DNA of 64,000 nt from Lingula anatina. Taxonomy: Eukaryota; Animalia; Brachiopoda. The position numbers and the translations under genes are program-made. Position 1 is the first letter of the stretch. Each line of letters opens with the position of its first letter. The stretch spans positions 17,790,587 through 17,854,586 of the forward strand of contig CM120648.1 in assembly GCA_051362555.1 (NCBI GenBank), in the 5' to 3' direction. The notes beneath the pieces were generated by a model. That model did no database searches and had not been told where the DNA came from. It was given only the letters and a program-made list of their open reading frames with translations. This document shows, piece after piece, positions 1 through 13,043 of the stretch.

Positions 1-507
1 GAACAAATAAAAATGAATTAATAAAGTTCCGCTTCCAGGGAATACGCCCGTAGCACCAATCAATGAAACAGATTCCACCAGTTCACTCTTACCCACAAAG
101 AACCTAAACATATCAATATAAAAGTGACCACAACGTTAGTCGGTTATTCTCACGTTCTCTTTTTAAATTAATATTATCAATTCGTTTGGGGGAAAATTAA
201 AATAAGACTTCTATATTGGTCTATAATTTTAGACCACCTTTCGGCACAAAGGTTATTTTTTGCGACATCTGCCATCAGACGTTAATTGTTTTACCATAAT
301 CAAATAACAGAAAAATTGGTTTAGTAAAATTAAAAATTCTAAGGCGTATTGCAATAATTCAACTGGAAAATAATACTCAGTCTATAGCATTTCAACTTAA
401 CCAATCAACTTTCTGTTCATGCCTTTCAAAACTGTCCTTCTCTTGAATATACGATCTCTTCCAGGTTTGTATTCTAGTGTGTCAAAAATCCTAGCAGTAC
501 CGTCCTG

Positions 508-3500
508 TTACTTGGCGCCATCTTTTGGTGAATGTCTGTGACAGAAGTCTTTACCATGAGTACATGCCAACTTACAGGGTTGACCAGTCTTTGTGGTGCC
601 AAGACACAGAGGACGGGCTGGGGTGCTGGTGCCACTGATACTGAAATTGAACCAATGTATAAGAATTATGTTTTATTGGTAATCATTCGTTTTACTGTAC
701 CCTAGGTTCTAGATTTCGGTATTGCCAGCTCGTTCTTGATGTCATAACCCGCATCAGCAATACCGACACTGTAAATCTAACACATGAAAAGGTACAGCGA
801 GCAAGCTAGCTTTATAGTGCCCTGACACTCAGGGTAGTTTTCTGTGGCTGTCATACAATGTACTCTACTCCACGGCACTGGCAGTAAACTTGAAAGCCGG
901 AAAGAAATATTGTTGTAAATTTATTCCTTTACTGATCATTAGAACTACTTGGGTCTAGAACACTCTTAGGCTCTTTGTTCTAAACGGTATCATACTAAAA
1001 GTTTCTTAGCACAGATCTCTCATCAAATTTGCCAATATTTTAGCACAATCAAAACTACACTATAGTAAAGAAAATTACCCATCAGTCGCTTGCTAAGACG
1101 TTTTTAGCACAGACGGACCTCGCATAAAGATAACCACGATATTTTAATTTAATCAAAACTACAATATGGTGAACAAAATTACCCGTCAGTCACTTTTAAT
1201 GGCGTCCTACTACGACTCCGTGAACGACGTCGACGGGTTGTAGATCTCCCGTCCAAGGTGTCCAGTAGATGGCGCTTTACCTGACTCACTTCAAGCTGTA
1301 ACGTGACGACACATTTTCTAATAATGAATCTGCAAATAGACTCACTGTGATAACATCAATTTACCTCAAAAAGTTAGAAAAAGTCAACTTGATAAAATAC
1401 GTTGATTTTATTCACAAATGTGCAAATGGAAATTGTTCAAGATAGCTTATTAGAACGTCATATAGCGCTGAAAAATGTCTGAGAATCCGTGCGAGGTGGA
1501 GCTATTACTTTTAAATGATACTGCTGAAAGTATGCGAAACCATTACCATAGCAACTCTGACAACATCAACCTACCAGTCTTGGCGTCTCAGCCGCAGTAA
1601 AGGAGGCTTCCTGGTCAGGCATGGGGGTGGCTGGAAGAACTGAGGGGGTGGCCGGGAGAACTGAGGGGGTGGCCAAAAGGGGTGTAGTCCTCCTGGGGGT
1701 GGATGCCCTACTGGTTCTTGGGGTGTCCAACACACTAGATGTACTGGTGTTCAGGTAATGGTCTGAAAGATAATTGTAAAAATGTTTTTATCTTATTTTT
1801 TCCTCAACATGCTGACCATGGCAGTTTTAAATATTACTTTAATTTCTTTCTGTAGTTTTCTTTATATAGAACAAATAAAATGGATCAATTTTTTATTTCT
1901 TTAGGTTTTAGCTGAGCATTTGAAACACTGCTTAACTGGATTCTTGGCAGAATTCAAACAAATTGTCCAGTTTCAAAATGTGCAACAAGTGTGTAACAAT
2001 CTGCTGCAACTCCCTAGTAACTAGCAATTTCAAATCTGGGGGAGGGGGGTCTTTTTATGGAGAAGTGAACATTCTTATAATACCCTTACTTGGAACCATT
2101 TAGAAATGGTATAAACCCTAGACCACATTTTTTTTCAAAATGAATCTTTTCAGACTTAGGGGGGAGGATTTTCTTTCAAACTGTCTCGTCTATGTAAGTG
2201 TGCTGTATTTTTCAAACATGCATTCACGGTAAACAAATTCTAACTAGTAGAAAATTGCCAAAAAAACCTCACCAACTCTGTGTTGTCTGTCCATTGCCAG
2301 AGAGGATCCATTTGTGAAACTGCTCTCTCCATCAGATGACAAGGCAGCAGGTCTGGATGGAAAAGTGTCAATTGAATAAAACTAGTTTGCTGTGAAACTC
2401 CAAATTAAGTTTTTAATAATAACATTCACCTTTTGTTACTTTTGTCAGACCCTACATTTGGCATGTATTGAAAAAAAAAATTCAGATAATATATATCAAC
2501 ATCCAATAATCTTAGGCTAAAATGTAAAGATTTTATTTTAAAAATCAAGTAATAAATAAAAAAACAATTTCATAAAATTTAAAAAATAAATTAATAAAAA
2601 TAAAAACAAAATTACAAAATAATAATAAAAATTCCAAAAAAAAAATAAATAAATAAACAAAAATAAAATAAAATAAAATAAAATAAAATAAAATAAATAA
2701 ATAAAACTTACTTCTTGTGTTCTTGTGTAGTCTGACCCTGACACTGGACAGAGGAACAGTTTCCAGTACACTGACAAAGTCCAGATCTCCTTACGGTCCT
2801 CATATAACACACCCACTTACAGAACCAGTTCACTGAAATAGAAGAATAATTGTCCCATCTTGTAGTACAGTCCATTTATTATCATCATCGTTATGAATGT
2901 TTAAAACTGATACCCATGATTGAATAATGAATAATGTAGAACTTTTTTCCTCAGTATTTTTTAAGCCATATTTAAAACTTTGATACAAAGTGTAGATCAG
3001 TCAGACATAATATTATGGTGGGAACTGGATTCCACATTTTTTAGGAATTGGTAACTTTTATTTTCAACTAAAATACAATGTGTGCACACATGCTCACGAA
3101 AAAGAAATGTTTTCAGAAATGTAAAGGACGCAAAACATATCATAATTCGTCCAAGCAAATGCAGACTTATTTTAAGAGGAACCAAATGACTTTCAAAAAG
3201 CTTTTATCAAACCATTAATCTTTTTTCTATAGTAAAACAGTAATTTTAAACCAATAACTCTTAAACTGTTCTTTTTATATTTATGAGTCTTATTTTATTT
3301 TCTCTCTTTTTAACATGAGATGTTAAACCAATTTCTGTTTTATGTATTGCATTATATATACATTCAATGAACAAATGAACCTCATTATTATTATTATAAA
3401 TATTATTATTATTATTATAAAGTGAGCACACTGACCTCCTACAGTCAGCAATATCAACAGTGTCATTGTGAAGAAATCCAGACTTTTCTTCTGCTTCACC

Positions 3501-6489
3501 TCTGACAGAGCATTCACAGGGACCAGCGTGAGGAGAACCCCCCTTGTGAACCCCGGGGTCTGGAGAAATGCCGCGGAGAGGGCTGCCAGGAGGAAATATA
3601 CCACATGGAGGACACAGGTCACCATCAGATGAAGACTGTCCTCTGGAAATATTAAATGATTACACAATAAATCAACAAATAAATAAATAAGCTGTATGTG
3701 ATGTTTGCATATAAGCTATTGCTATGATGGATCGAGGTAGGGGTGAAGAGGGGGGTGCGCCGTGGGTAATTGACCCTCCTTCAGCCTCAAAAGTACCCAA
3801 ATCTGACCCTCTCCTTATCAAACAGTATAAAGAGTGGAAAATTTATAATCAAATTTCAAGTATTACTGTCCACATATTGTGTAAGGATATATAATTCACA
3901 AATTTTCTTTGACTTCAGTGAGTTATAACAAGGTCTAACAAGAAATGAGAACAACAGACAGCCAGAAAATAATAATAATAATAATTATTATTATTATAAT
4001 TATTATTATGTGATTAAAGAAACTGTGATCTAGACAAGACTTCACCAGTTTCTCCTACTACAGATGACAACCATCCTAGCTGTTTGTCCAGTCCAGATTT
4101 CATATTGTCCACTTTGGTCAGGACATAGTTCATGGTGGCGTTGACCCTCCGCAGGTTGTCCAGGGTAGCCTCATACTGCTTGACTGTCTCCTTCTGGAAG
4201 GTCAGGACATGCTGACCACTGGCGTCTGAAATAATACGTGTTTTTTTTAAATTTATTTTTCTTTTTCAAATGCAGAAAACTTGGCAAAACTCAGACACAC
4301 ACACACTAACGCACAAATAAGTTTTTCTTTAATTTTCTTTTATTTTTCTAATGCAAAAAGCTTGTCAAAACTCGGAAGGATATATTTGAGTAAGGCCATG
4401 TCAATATACATTTCAACACCTGTCTGAGAGGAAAGATTGGTCCAATGTCAAGTTTCTTCAAAAGTTACATTGTGCAACCTATTTTTAAAATTTTACTACC
4501 TATTTTCTCCCAGACATCCTCTGCCTTCTTTCTTATATCAGAGAGATCATCCAGCAGTTCAAGGTGGTTCCGCTTCTGTTCTCCTTCTTGACGGTTCAGT
4601 TGAGAGGTGGCCTCGTCTAAAAGAAAAAAAGGCCAAAAATCAGCGAAGACACATTTTTTTCTTGAAAACTGAAGACAAGCAGTCTGCCATCAGTACTGTT
4701 TTCTTACAAAAATACCAGCAAACTTCAAACTGGAGCAGTAAAAATGTGTACATTAGTTAGGTTTCTGGACACTGTCATAGGAACTGCCGCTTGGCCTAAA
4801 TTTTAATATACATCATATTAATTAACATGAAATAAATAGATGATTTAGGAAAAATACAGAAAAAGAATTAACCTAGCTTCATTTTAATTCTTTCCGTCAT
4901 GTCAGCCAATTCTTTGTTGCCTGCTGCAATTAATGACTTCTCCCTGGTCAGCTCCCGCAAGTTCCCCGCAATGTACATCTGCACATTCGCCTGCGCAGAT
5001 TTCAGCATGTTCTGCCGTATCATTAATTCTTGCTGTCCTTCGTACATTTTCTTCAAGGTGTCGGTGGTGGCCTCACCAATCTTTTTCTGTCCTTCCTGGG
5101 GGACATAACAAAACATGTGGATAAGTGGATTTCATAAATCAGAATTTACTGCCACAGTTAAAGAGTGAAGGACATACTGCGTCATTCATTACCTCGATCT
5201 TCAACAGTACCAAAAGCATTTTTTTGGCCAGAGTCACCAGGATTAAAGAATCAAAAGTAGAAACTGTAGCCAGTAGCTGAGGATATTTACAACATATAAC
5301 TGACTTTGGTTCAGTTTAATAAATACTTGAAATTGTATCTAGAGTGTTCCCAGTGATAACATCACTAATGGTTACTAGAGCACTATTAAGGCTTCGTTCA
5401 CATGCAATGTCTATTTTCTAAATTCTATTTTCTATTTTCGGTATGTCTTATGATCACGGTCTGTGCACTGAATATCCCGCCGCGTAATTACTGGCAGCGC
5501 GAGCCAGTTACTTATAGTAACTTATAGTAACTGGCTCGCACTGCCAGTAATTACGCCGCGGGATATTCAGTGCACAGACCGTGATCATAAGATAGCGCGA
5601 ATAGAAAATAGAATTTAGGAAATAGACATTGCATGTGAACGAAGCCTAAGTCTACTTTCTCTAGTCCAGTACAACTTGTATAACAACTGGTCAGAATCTT
5701 AATTTATTTGAACAAACTTTAAGATTAAGTCTACATATAATGGAATAGTATTCAAAAACATTTATAGAGTTTGTTTATTTTTTTATTAAATAGCCAATAT
5801 GACACCTACTGGTCTTATATAAATCTCTTCGGTCGCGTGTAATAAGAGAATAATGTTCTATGTATCTTATATTTGTATTTAACAAAGGAGTAAATGGTGT
5901 TAAAGGAATTGTTTATCTTGAAATCCTATCTCAATCAGACACCATCAACATTAGATAGATAAGTTCACAGAACAAATTGTCAGACAAAAAAAAAAAAAAA
6001 AAAAAAAAAAACGACCCCACTTCCCTACCTGTAACTGTTTCATTGAGTCAAGCTGAATGTTGGCGGTGGTCACAAGTTTGTTGACGGTGGACTCTGTTTT
6101 AAGTCGGAACTGTTGCTGTCGAGCAGTGTAGCATATTGCCCTGGCCCTGTTGCTGACAATTTGATACGCGTTCCATGTCGTCGAGTCCATGTCTTTGGTG
6201 CAACTTGAAAGAGTCTGAAGAAAGATAAAATGTACACTATCCCTGTCACTATCCCTGTATACATTTTTCAAAATATGACAGTATTTAGTGAATCAATTGT
6301 CCTTAGTACCTCAGCTTCTATTCAGATTCAATGAAATGTTTTGTTCTACTTTTCTTTATTATAATTACTATTTTCCTTTTTTTTTTTGAGGGGGGGGGGG
6401 GGGGGCTCTCAACTAAACTTACTTTTAACTTAAACCCAAAAGCCCAATTTAATAAAATGAATTTTGCAATTTATTCATTTATGACACAG

Positions 6490-6554
<65 letters not shown>

Positions 6555-7292
6555 GATAATATATGTACCATATCCTTGGTGCAGGGATATGTTTTTCTGC
6601 CCTCATTCTCTGCCTGGCAGTTAAACAGCATCACGGACAGCTTGCCGAGGTCATCCTCTGACATACCGCCACAACTGGTCCTAAGCTTACCAACAATCTG
6701 AAATTATTAGGTAACACGTGTAAAAACCTGCTACTAGTAGCAACATGGCTTATTAATTTCATCATTTATAAAATCTTAATTTGCTCTATTTTGTCTACGA
6801 ATTGTATATATAATCTTAACTTTCTTTTTATCATTTATTTATTTTATTTCAAACCCTTTATGCTGACGCTAGCTCCCACATCCCAAAAAACGCATAAATT
6901 AAAATAAAATAAAAACAAGTCTGGGCATGCTAGCTTTCATATAAGTTGGAAGTTTTTTAGCAATTCCATTCTTGTGAAATTAAATAATGGCATTATTAAT
7001 TTTATCTTTTGCGAGAGAAGAAAGTAAATCAACCCACCTCGTGATGACACAAGTCTAACTGCGACAGTTTCAGTCCAGCGACCTCCATCAAAAACTTCTC
7101 ATCTACTGTCGCCATTTCAAAAGGCACCTGTCGATTCGTCTTCAAAAGTGCTCCTACTTCAACTTGCTTCCCTTCCTCATCCTGCGCTTGTCCGTCCCCA
7201 AAGAGCCACTCAAAAAGACCCTGTGACTCCTCTACACTTGCTGCGAGTATCATTACTAAAATTAAAACGCTGTAATTCGTTGTAGTTGACAT
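508..7292 (-). CDS. bmb: Brambleberry (Kar5/GEX1/Bmb nuclear membrane fusion family), 12 coding exons, ~643 aa
   Basis: Exons (minus strand): 7038-7292, 6569-6697, 6029-6214, 4873-5095, 4500-4616, 4046-4225, 3436-3642, 2712-2832, 2273-2352, 1575-1762, 1183-1295, 508-640. All are GT-AG, phases are consistent and the total is 1932 nt. The protein has a signal peptide, the Cys-rich domain (LDLCHHE..LRTSC..MSEDDLGKLSVMLFNCQ..EGRKTYPCT..CTKDMDSTTWNAYQIVSNRARAICY), coiled coils, a transmembrane exon and an S/T/P/R-rich tail ending in a C-C-C-H motif. Confidence 0.92.
698..836. mobile_element. Short MITE (TACCCT...AGGGTA) in the last bmb intron
   Basis: Terminal inverted repeat TACCCTAGG/CTCAGGGTA with an imperfect flanking duplication. 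Same family as the 20310-20454 insertion, in the opposite orientation. Confidence 0.6.
5390..5646. mobile_element. PIF/Harbinger-type palindromic MITE
   Basis: TAA|GGCTTCGTTCACATG...CATGTGAACGAAGCC|TAA; almost the whole element is one hairpin. Confidence 0.75.
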
Positions 7293-7359
7293 ATTTGATG
7301 AAGTATTTGAGATACAGATTTCTGAATTTTAAAGAGCCCACGTTGTGCGTCATAGACAG

Positions 7360-7490
7360 CAGTGATTGGCCGAGTTTGAACTTCCGGGTCATTTCTCTGT
7401 GATATCTACATCGCTGTGTTAGGTGAGAAGAAGGCATTGTGCTGAATAAACACTGCATGACATGGGAATTTCCCACCAAAATGGATTTTC
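7360..7490 (-). promoter_or_regulatory. Putative bmb proximal promoter motifs
   Basis: CCAAT (ATTGG 7365-7369), TTTGAA (CHR-like, 7375-7380), ETS-like CTTCCGG (7381-7387) and E2F-like TTTCCCACCAAA; all retained in the duplicate at about 20745-20870. Confidence 0.4.
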
Positions 7491-9256
7491 CCGGAGAAAT
7501 AATCAACTTTCTCGTTCCATGAGTCACTAATCTATCCCTCTCTGCACTTTAACTCAACCATTGTAAGTTTATAGAGGTCGATTTAGTTTAAAATAACTGG
7601 CCAATCATATAGCCGGCGACCATCTTCCTATATGCTGTAAATATGGCCTACGTAATATCAACATCAAGAACGCTCCAAACCAGAAAAAAATGTACATATA
7701 TATTTAAATCGTTTTTGAAGTGTATGTAAGGTTTTTCAAAAATAAGCATTTGGGGGAATTTTCAAACCCATGAATTGTACCTTTACCTGTAAGTCTATTT
7801 CTAAAACAACACGTCATAAGAAATCCAAATTCCACCAAAGATACGCTGTAAACAACTAATCGAAATATAATAAATTCTCTATTGCCACCAAAAACGACCG
7901 TTATAGTAATTATTCTGGAATATTTGCTTGCCATCAGACCGCATGACCTCCATAGATGGCCACTCGCGGGGTGGGGGTGGGGGATACATGCAACTTTAAA
8001 TGTCGGAAAGGATTCATTATACATTGGTATTAAGTATGGGAAAATTGTCTTTTTCCCCAGGATTTTTTTTTTTTACCAAATTGAACAGTTGATATATCTT
8101 AAATAATAAGTACAAAACCGAAAACAATAAGAAATTCATGGCAAAATTGTTGCACAGCATTGACATAAGACGAACAATCGAGGTGCCCCTTGAAAAAAAT
8201 AGAACTTACTCATAGAACGCCAGCTCCTGGTATAAATATTGCATTGTGGCCTGCGACAGCTAAACAGCATGATTAAGAAGAATCCTCACAGAATTTTGAC
8301 CCCCCCCCCCAAAAAAAAAAAAAAAAAAAAAAAAAATCTCAGCTCATTCAGCTGGGGAAACCAGAAGTACCTCAAAACATATTTCCACGGGCCTCACAAA
8401 ATATCAAGGATTAAAAATAATGTCACTGACAACAAGTTGGAATAACTAAATTTCTTCAACAATCATTTCAAGATGGATATAGTTTATAATAATAAAAATA
8501 ATAATTCCTACATAACGCATTCTATTCTAAGAGATTTTAATGCACTCAATACAATAAAAATATTAAACTCGTAAAAAATTATTTCCCTGGAATACAGCAC
8601 TAAAATGATACAATTATATATCTAATATTAGTATACAATCTATAAAGGGATTAGTAGTCGCCACAACATTAATAACATAAAAAAGTCTGTATATAATAAT
8701 TATTAAAGTGAAATTAATCGACACTCTTTCTTTAGGAGCTCGAGTATATAACAGCTTCATTTTTCCCTATATTCTTGATGGTGGTTCGTTTCATAACTTT
8801 GGGCTGTTTACGCTTATATAGGCCTACGCACAGGTGACAATGAGACACAAAAATAAATCATATGCTATTTTTACCACATAAAATTAATCAGTGAATCATA
8901 ATCCAAACATTGCTTCACAAAGAAAAAATCACAAAGCACTCAGGCTCTTAGTATAAAAAAGACCTATATAATGCTTCTTTTTCCATTTTCAGTCGTACAT
9001 GTATTTCTCAATGTCATGGCAAAATTTATACTTTAGAAATAAGTAATTTACATAATGATAACAGCATAAAAATATTTTTATCTAAAAGCAGTAACAAATA
9101 AATGAATTGATTTAATAATTTAAATAAAGGTTAAAAAAGCAGACACTGCATTAAGTGGGAAATAGATGATGCACTGTAATAGGCCAAATGTAGAGACTGT
9201 TTCTACTTTTTTATAGACTTGGAATGTCTTCACTCTTTCATGTAGAATTTTTAAAC

Positions 9257-10315
9257 TTAATACACATCATCCAAATCAAAAGTTTCTCTCAAAGATTTCT
9301 TCAGTTTCTGGGACTGATGCTGTAAGTACGCATCTCGTCTGTCCAAGTATGGCCTTCCACTTTTATTCATTATCCAGTCCTGAATCTCGCTTTCGGCATC
9401 GACAAGTGCTTCCTGTAGATGGCGCCTGAATTCAAAACGCAGTTTTTCTTCCCAAATGTGTGGTTGGATGCCTCTTACAAACCGACTGCGTAGCAGCAAA
9501 TTCGTTTCAAATTCGTCTAAAATTTCAAAAGCTTGGATTTCGTTCAACGCTTGCCATTCCTGCACGTATATTCCTTTACTTATTTCTAAGTTTTCCCTTC
9601 GGTTTTCCTCTGGCGTTTTCATCTTAGTTATTTTTTGGAGCCATTCTGGTACTGAGCTGATCCCAGCTTGGGCATTCTGCTCGCCGTCATTTGAACCAGC
9701 TTCGGCGCTGGTAGTTTCATACTCAGCCGCTGCAGTTTCGGGGATTACGTGGACGTCAACGGTAGCTGTTCCTCCTTCTTCGTCTGTCTCTTGCACGTGT
9801 ATTTCGGCATGGTACCACTGGATACTGATGCCAGAGGAAACCTGCTCATGTACATGGTGGGTTTCAGAATCATTTACAGATTCTTGTTGATGTTCTACAA
9901 ACCCATTTGCTGAATTTACAGAAATGATATCGATAGCATGGCCTCCTTCTGGTACGTGAAGGGCGCACGCTTCTTGAACATTTTCACGAGTTTCGTGTGC
10001 CTGTGATAGCTCCGTGACTGATCGGGTTGTCACCGGTTCCGTCTTTTCCTTGACCCGCTTCACGCATGCGCTTTCTGTGATTTTACAAACGCAGTGAATT
10101 GAAGATGAGTTTAAAAGATACATGTCCGATACATTTGTGTCCTTGTCTATCAAGGGTTTATCAACGATCTTACATCTCACTGAGGTTGACCCTCGTTTTG
10201 AAAACTTTTCATTGGTTTTCTTCTGTGAAAATACAACTCGAAAGCAATCCCATATATTATTAGTTTTTGTTTTAACAGAAGATGATTTGGTGTCGTTATT
10301 TGAAAAACCGCCCAT
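9257..10315 (-). CDS. Uncharacterised protein, orphan family A copy 1 (~352 aa, single coding exon)
   Basis: Long ORF whose ATG (MGGFS) aligns with the paralog's MGCASS start. The C-terminal ~125 aa closely match the ORF at 22532-23761 and the stop position is shared. Confidence 0.7.
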   Translation of the reverse strand: MGGFSNNDTKSSSVKTKTNNIWDCFRVVFSQKKTNEKFSKRGSTSVRCKIVDKPLIDKDTNVSDMYLLNSSSIHCVCKITESACVKRVKEKTEPVTTRSVTELSQAHETRENVQEACALHVPEGGHAIDIISVNSANGFVEHQQESVNDSETHHVHEQVSSGISIQWYHAEIHVQETDEEGGTATVDVHVIPETAAAEYETTSAEAGSNDGEQNAQAGISSVPEWLQKITKMKTPEENRRENLEISKGIYVQEWQALNEIQAFEILDEFETNLLLRSRFVRGIQPHIWEEKLRFEFRRHLQEALVDAESEIQDWIMNKSGRPYLDRRDAYLQHQSQKLKKSLRETFDLDDVY

Positions 10316-13043
10316 ATTATTTCTTGGTTTCAAAGGTCCTGATTCAGAAACGTGATAAGAAATACAAAGATAAATGGATTGAAAATATGTGATTAGTTAA
10401 TTCATAAAATGGAGGATCCGGCGGGAGGGGTGGGTGCTTGTATGAGTAGGTTATGGCATTAAAATCTCTCCTTATATTCAGTGCTACACGTACCTCCGGA
10501 TTCTGAAAAAAAATAAATAACAATAATGGATTGAATAGTTGGTTAAATGGAATGATTAAGAAAACAGTATAACAGGCGAATCGAAACAAAGCCAAGTCTT
10601 TTTTCTCATCCTTGTACCTTTCATATGCCATTATTGTTTATGTTACACAAATAATGATTGTTTTCGTTTTCTTTTTTTTTTTATATTTGCCAAGCGCAGC
10701 CGAGCAATTTTCAATCCTTGTACCTCTAACAACAAAATTGTGGCTCAACGAAGGGTTACAAAAAGTTTATAACTAAATATTTATAAACGGAATCTACTAA
10801 TATCTTATTTACTAAGAAAATGACACCTGGAAAAAAGTTCCTAATCAATCTCTGTCTCTCTTTCTCTCTCGCACACACGCATACAAACACACACAGACAC
10901 AAATACAGACACGTACACACACATACACGTTCATACACACGCTCTGTCGAACGAAGGACGTCAAATATCAGATCGAATATTCATAGGCTCTATTAGTAAT
11001 AAATCTCAATTCTAAATCTCACACTAGAGCTCACGCTTTAATAAAGAGGTGAATACGGACAAAAAAAATTATGGTCGCATTCACGGCAGGTGATCCACGG
11101 ATTAACAGATCGCGGAAGGTTACATTTGTCGCAAAAAACCCGAATGGCATACGAATTGTGATTATGAAAGAGGAAGCCTGTAGTTTAAAGGTACATACGA
11201 ACCGAGCATCGGTGGAGCGTGGATTCCCAGTAATACTTGTAAACCACTTCTACTAGATTCTTATATGACTCAAATAAATTCGACATGCCAAGGGATAAAC
11301 TGAATAGATCACTCGATCAGCCATAAAAGACCTTTAGACTGCTCCTTTCTTTAAATTTATGGTTGTAAATTTAACCTACATTCGTGACCTACTTTCCTGC
11401 CCCATTGACATACAGCTTAGAATGCCAGCAGAAAAATCTGTTCAAACATCATTTTCGGGTAAAATTAAACAATGCCTTTTGGTAATTCTCTTAGTTATAC
11501 TACTTGAAACTATATGCTGGCATTTGGTTGGTTTTTGTGACAAAAAATTGACTTTGTATGCATCTTTAAAGAATAATTAATGGTGAGGGGGTGTAATGTG
11601 CGTCTATACTATAACATACCTGACGAGAATAATCTTACCATTATTTGTTCGGCAAGGGGTTGGAATAGCATTTTGTTTTGTCTCATTTCGCTCGTTATAT
11701 TGTTTTTATTGGGGGGGGGGGGGGGGGGGGGGGGGGGCGTACCACAAGAAGCTAGGGTGACACATGCTGCCCCTGCATTCACCCCAGTGCGCAATTCATG
11801 TCTCAAAGATGATAGGCTAGCCTGTTCAAGACAAATATTTTACTGTCTTAATGCGGCGATGTCTCAACGTTGAATAATACCGGTACTGTCAAAATATGCA
11901 TCTAACACAAATGATTATACCCAATGAAAACAAGCGCGCGGACACGAACATACGAACGATCACACACATTAAGACTCTCTCTCTCTCACACACAAACACT
12001 CACACACAAACACATATCCAGTGATGATGGGTTCTTAGTGTTAATAGTGATAGTTGATAATATGATTTAACTGAATTGGCCTAAAAATTTGGCTAGGTGC
12101 CAACACACACGAGAAAGAGAGAGAATTTTTCTTACTTACCCCGCAATAAGTATTGATTTTTGGCCAGTGCGCTACCTTGTTTGCCAACTCTAACTGCGCT
12201 AGGCTTTGTTAAGAGTTGATAAAAGTAGCTCTTTCAATCGATATATACCCTATGACCCAGATATGAGTCAGACACCAACCTAACCAATGGGTGTGAACCT
12301 AGTACTGCGACTTTTTGTGTACACCACGGGTTTTTTTTTTTTTCATCATACCTGTTGCATGCACCTAATACGTGATAAGCGCGTGAACATGACAAGGGCC
12401 GCAGCAAAGGTTTTTTTTTTATTTTTTTTAACAAAGATTTAAATCAGTTAGTGCAGTTAATCATTTATAACAGTACAGTTATTTTAAGTCAGTTTGAGTG
12501 TACTCCAGATATTTGAAAAAGGCCGACAATATTTGGGTCTGACGTCATCGATTAATCTAGAAGGTGACCTGATAAAAATGGCCACACTTGAATCAGGTGA
12601 GCGAGTGACTTAACTTTTCAGGGAGATAGCTAAAAGTTTTAATTGTAAATAAGCTCTTTAAAAGGACAGCTATGATTTCTTAAGTGACTGGTGCATCAAA
12701 AGCATTTCATTCCATGAAATAGACAAGGTTGGACTTCTAGTAAACTATACAAGAAGACGCAAACTTTTAGGAAAATTTACTGATGGAGTCCTATAGGGCT
12801 CTATTGGAGTCTAATGGGATCCTTATTTTGGATATATGCCCTATGTAGGAACCTGTAGGATTTTTTAAAACAATTTTCTATAGGACCTTGTCCTAATTTT
12901 CCGTATGAGAATTATCAGAATGATTTTTTAATTTTTTTTTATATAGAGGCGACTATGTGTGTATGTTTAGATTGTTAATCTAAATGTCAATTCTTTCATT
13001 TCAGCGGCCCTTTGAGATACAAGGATGACAACTGCAGCCGAAT

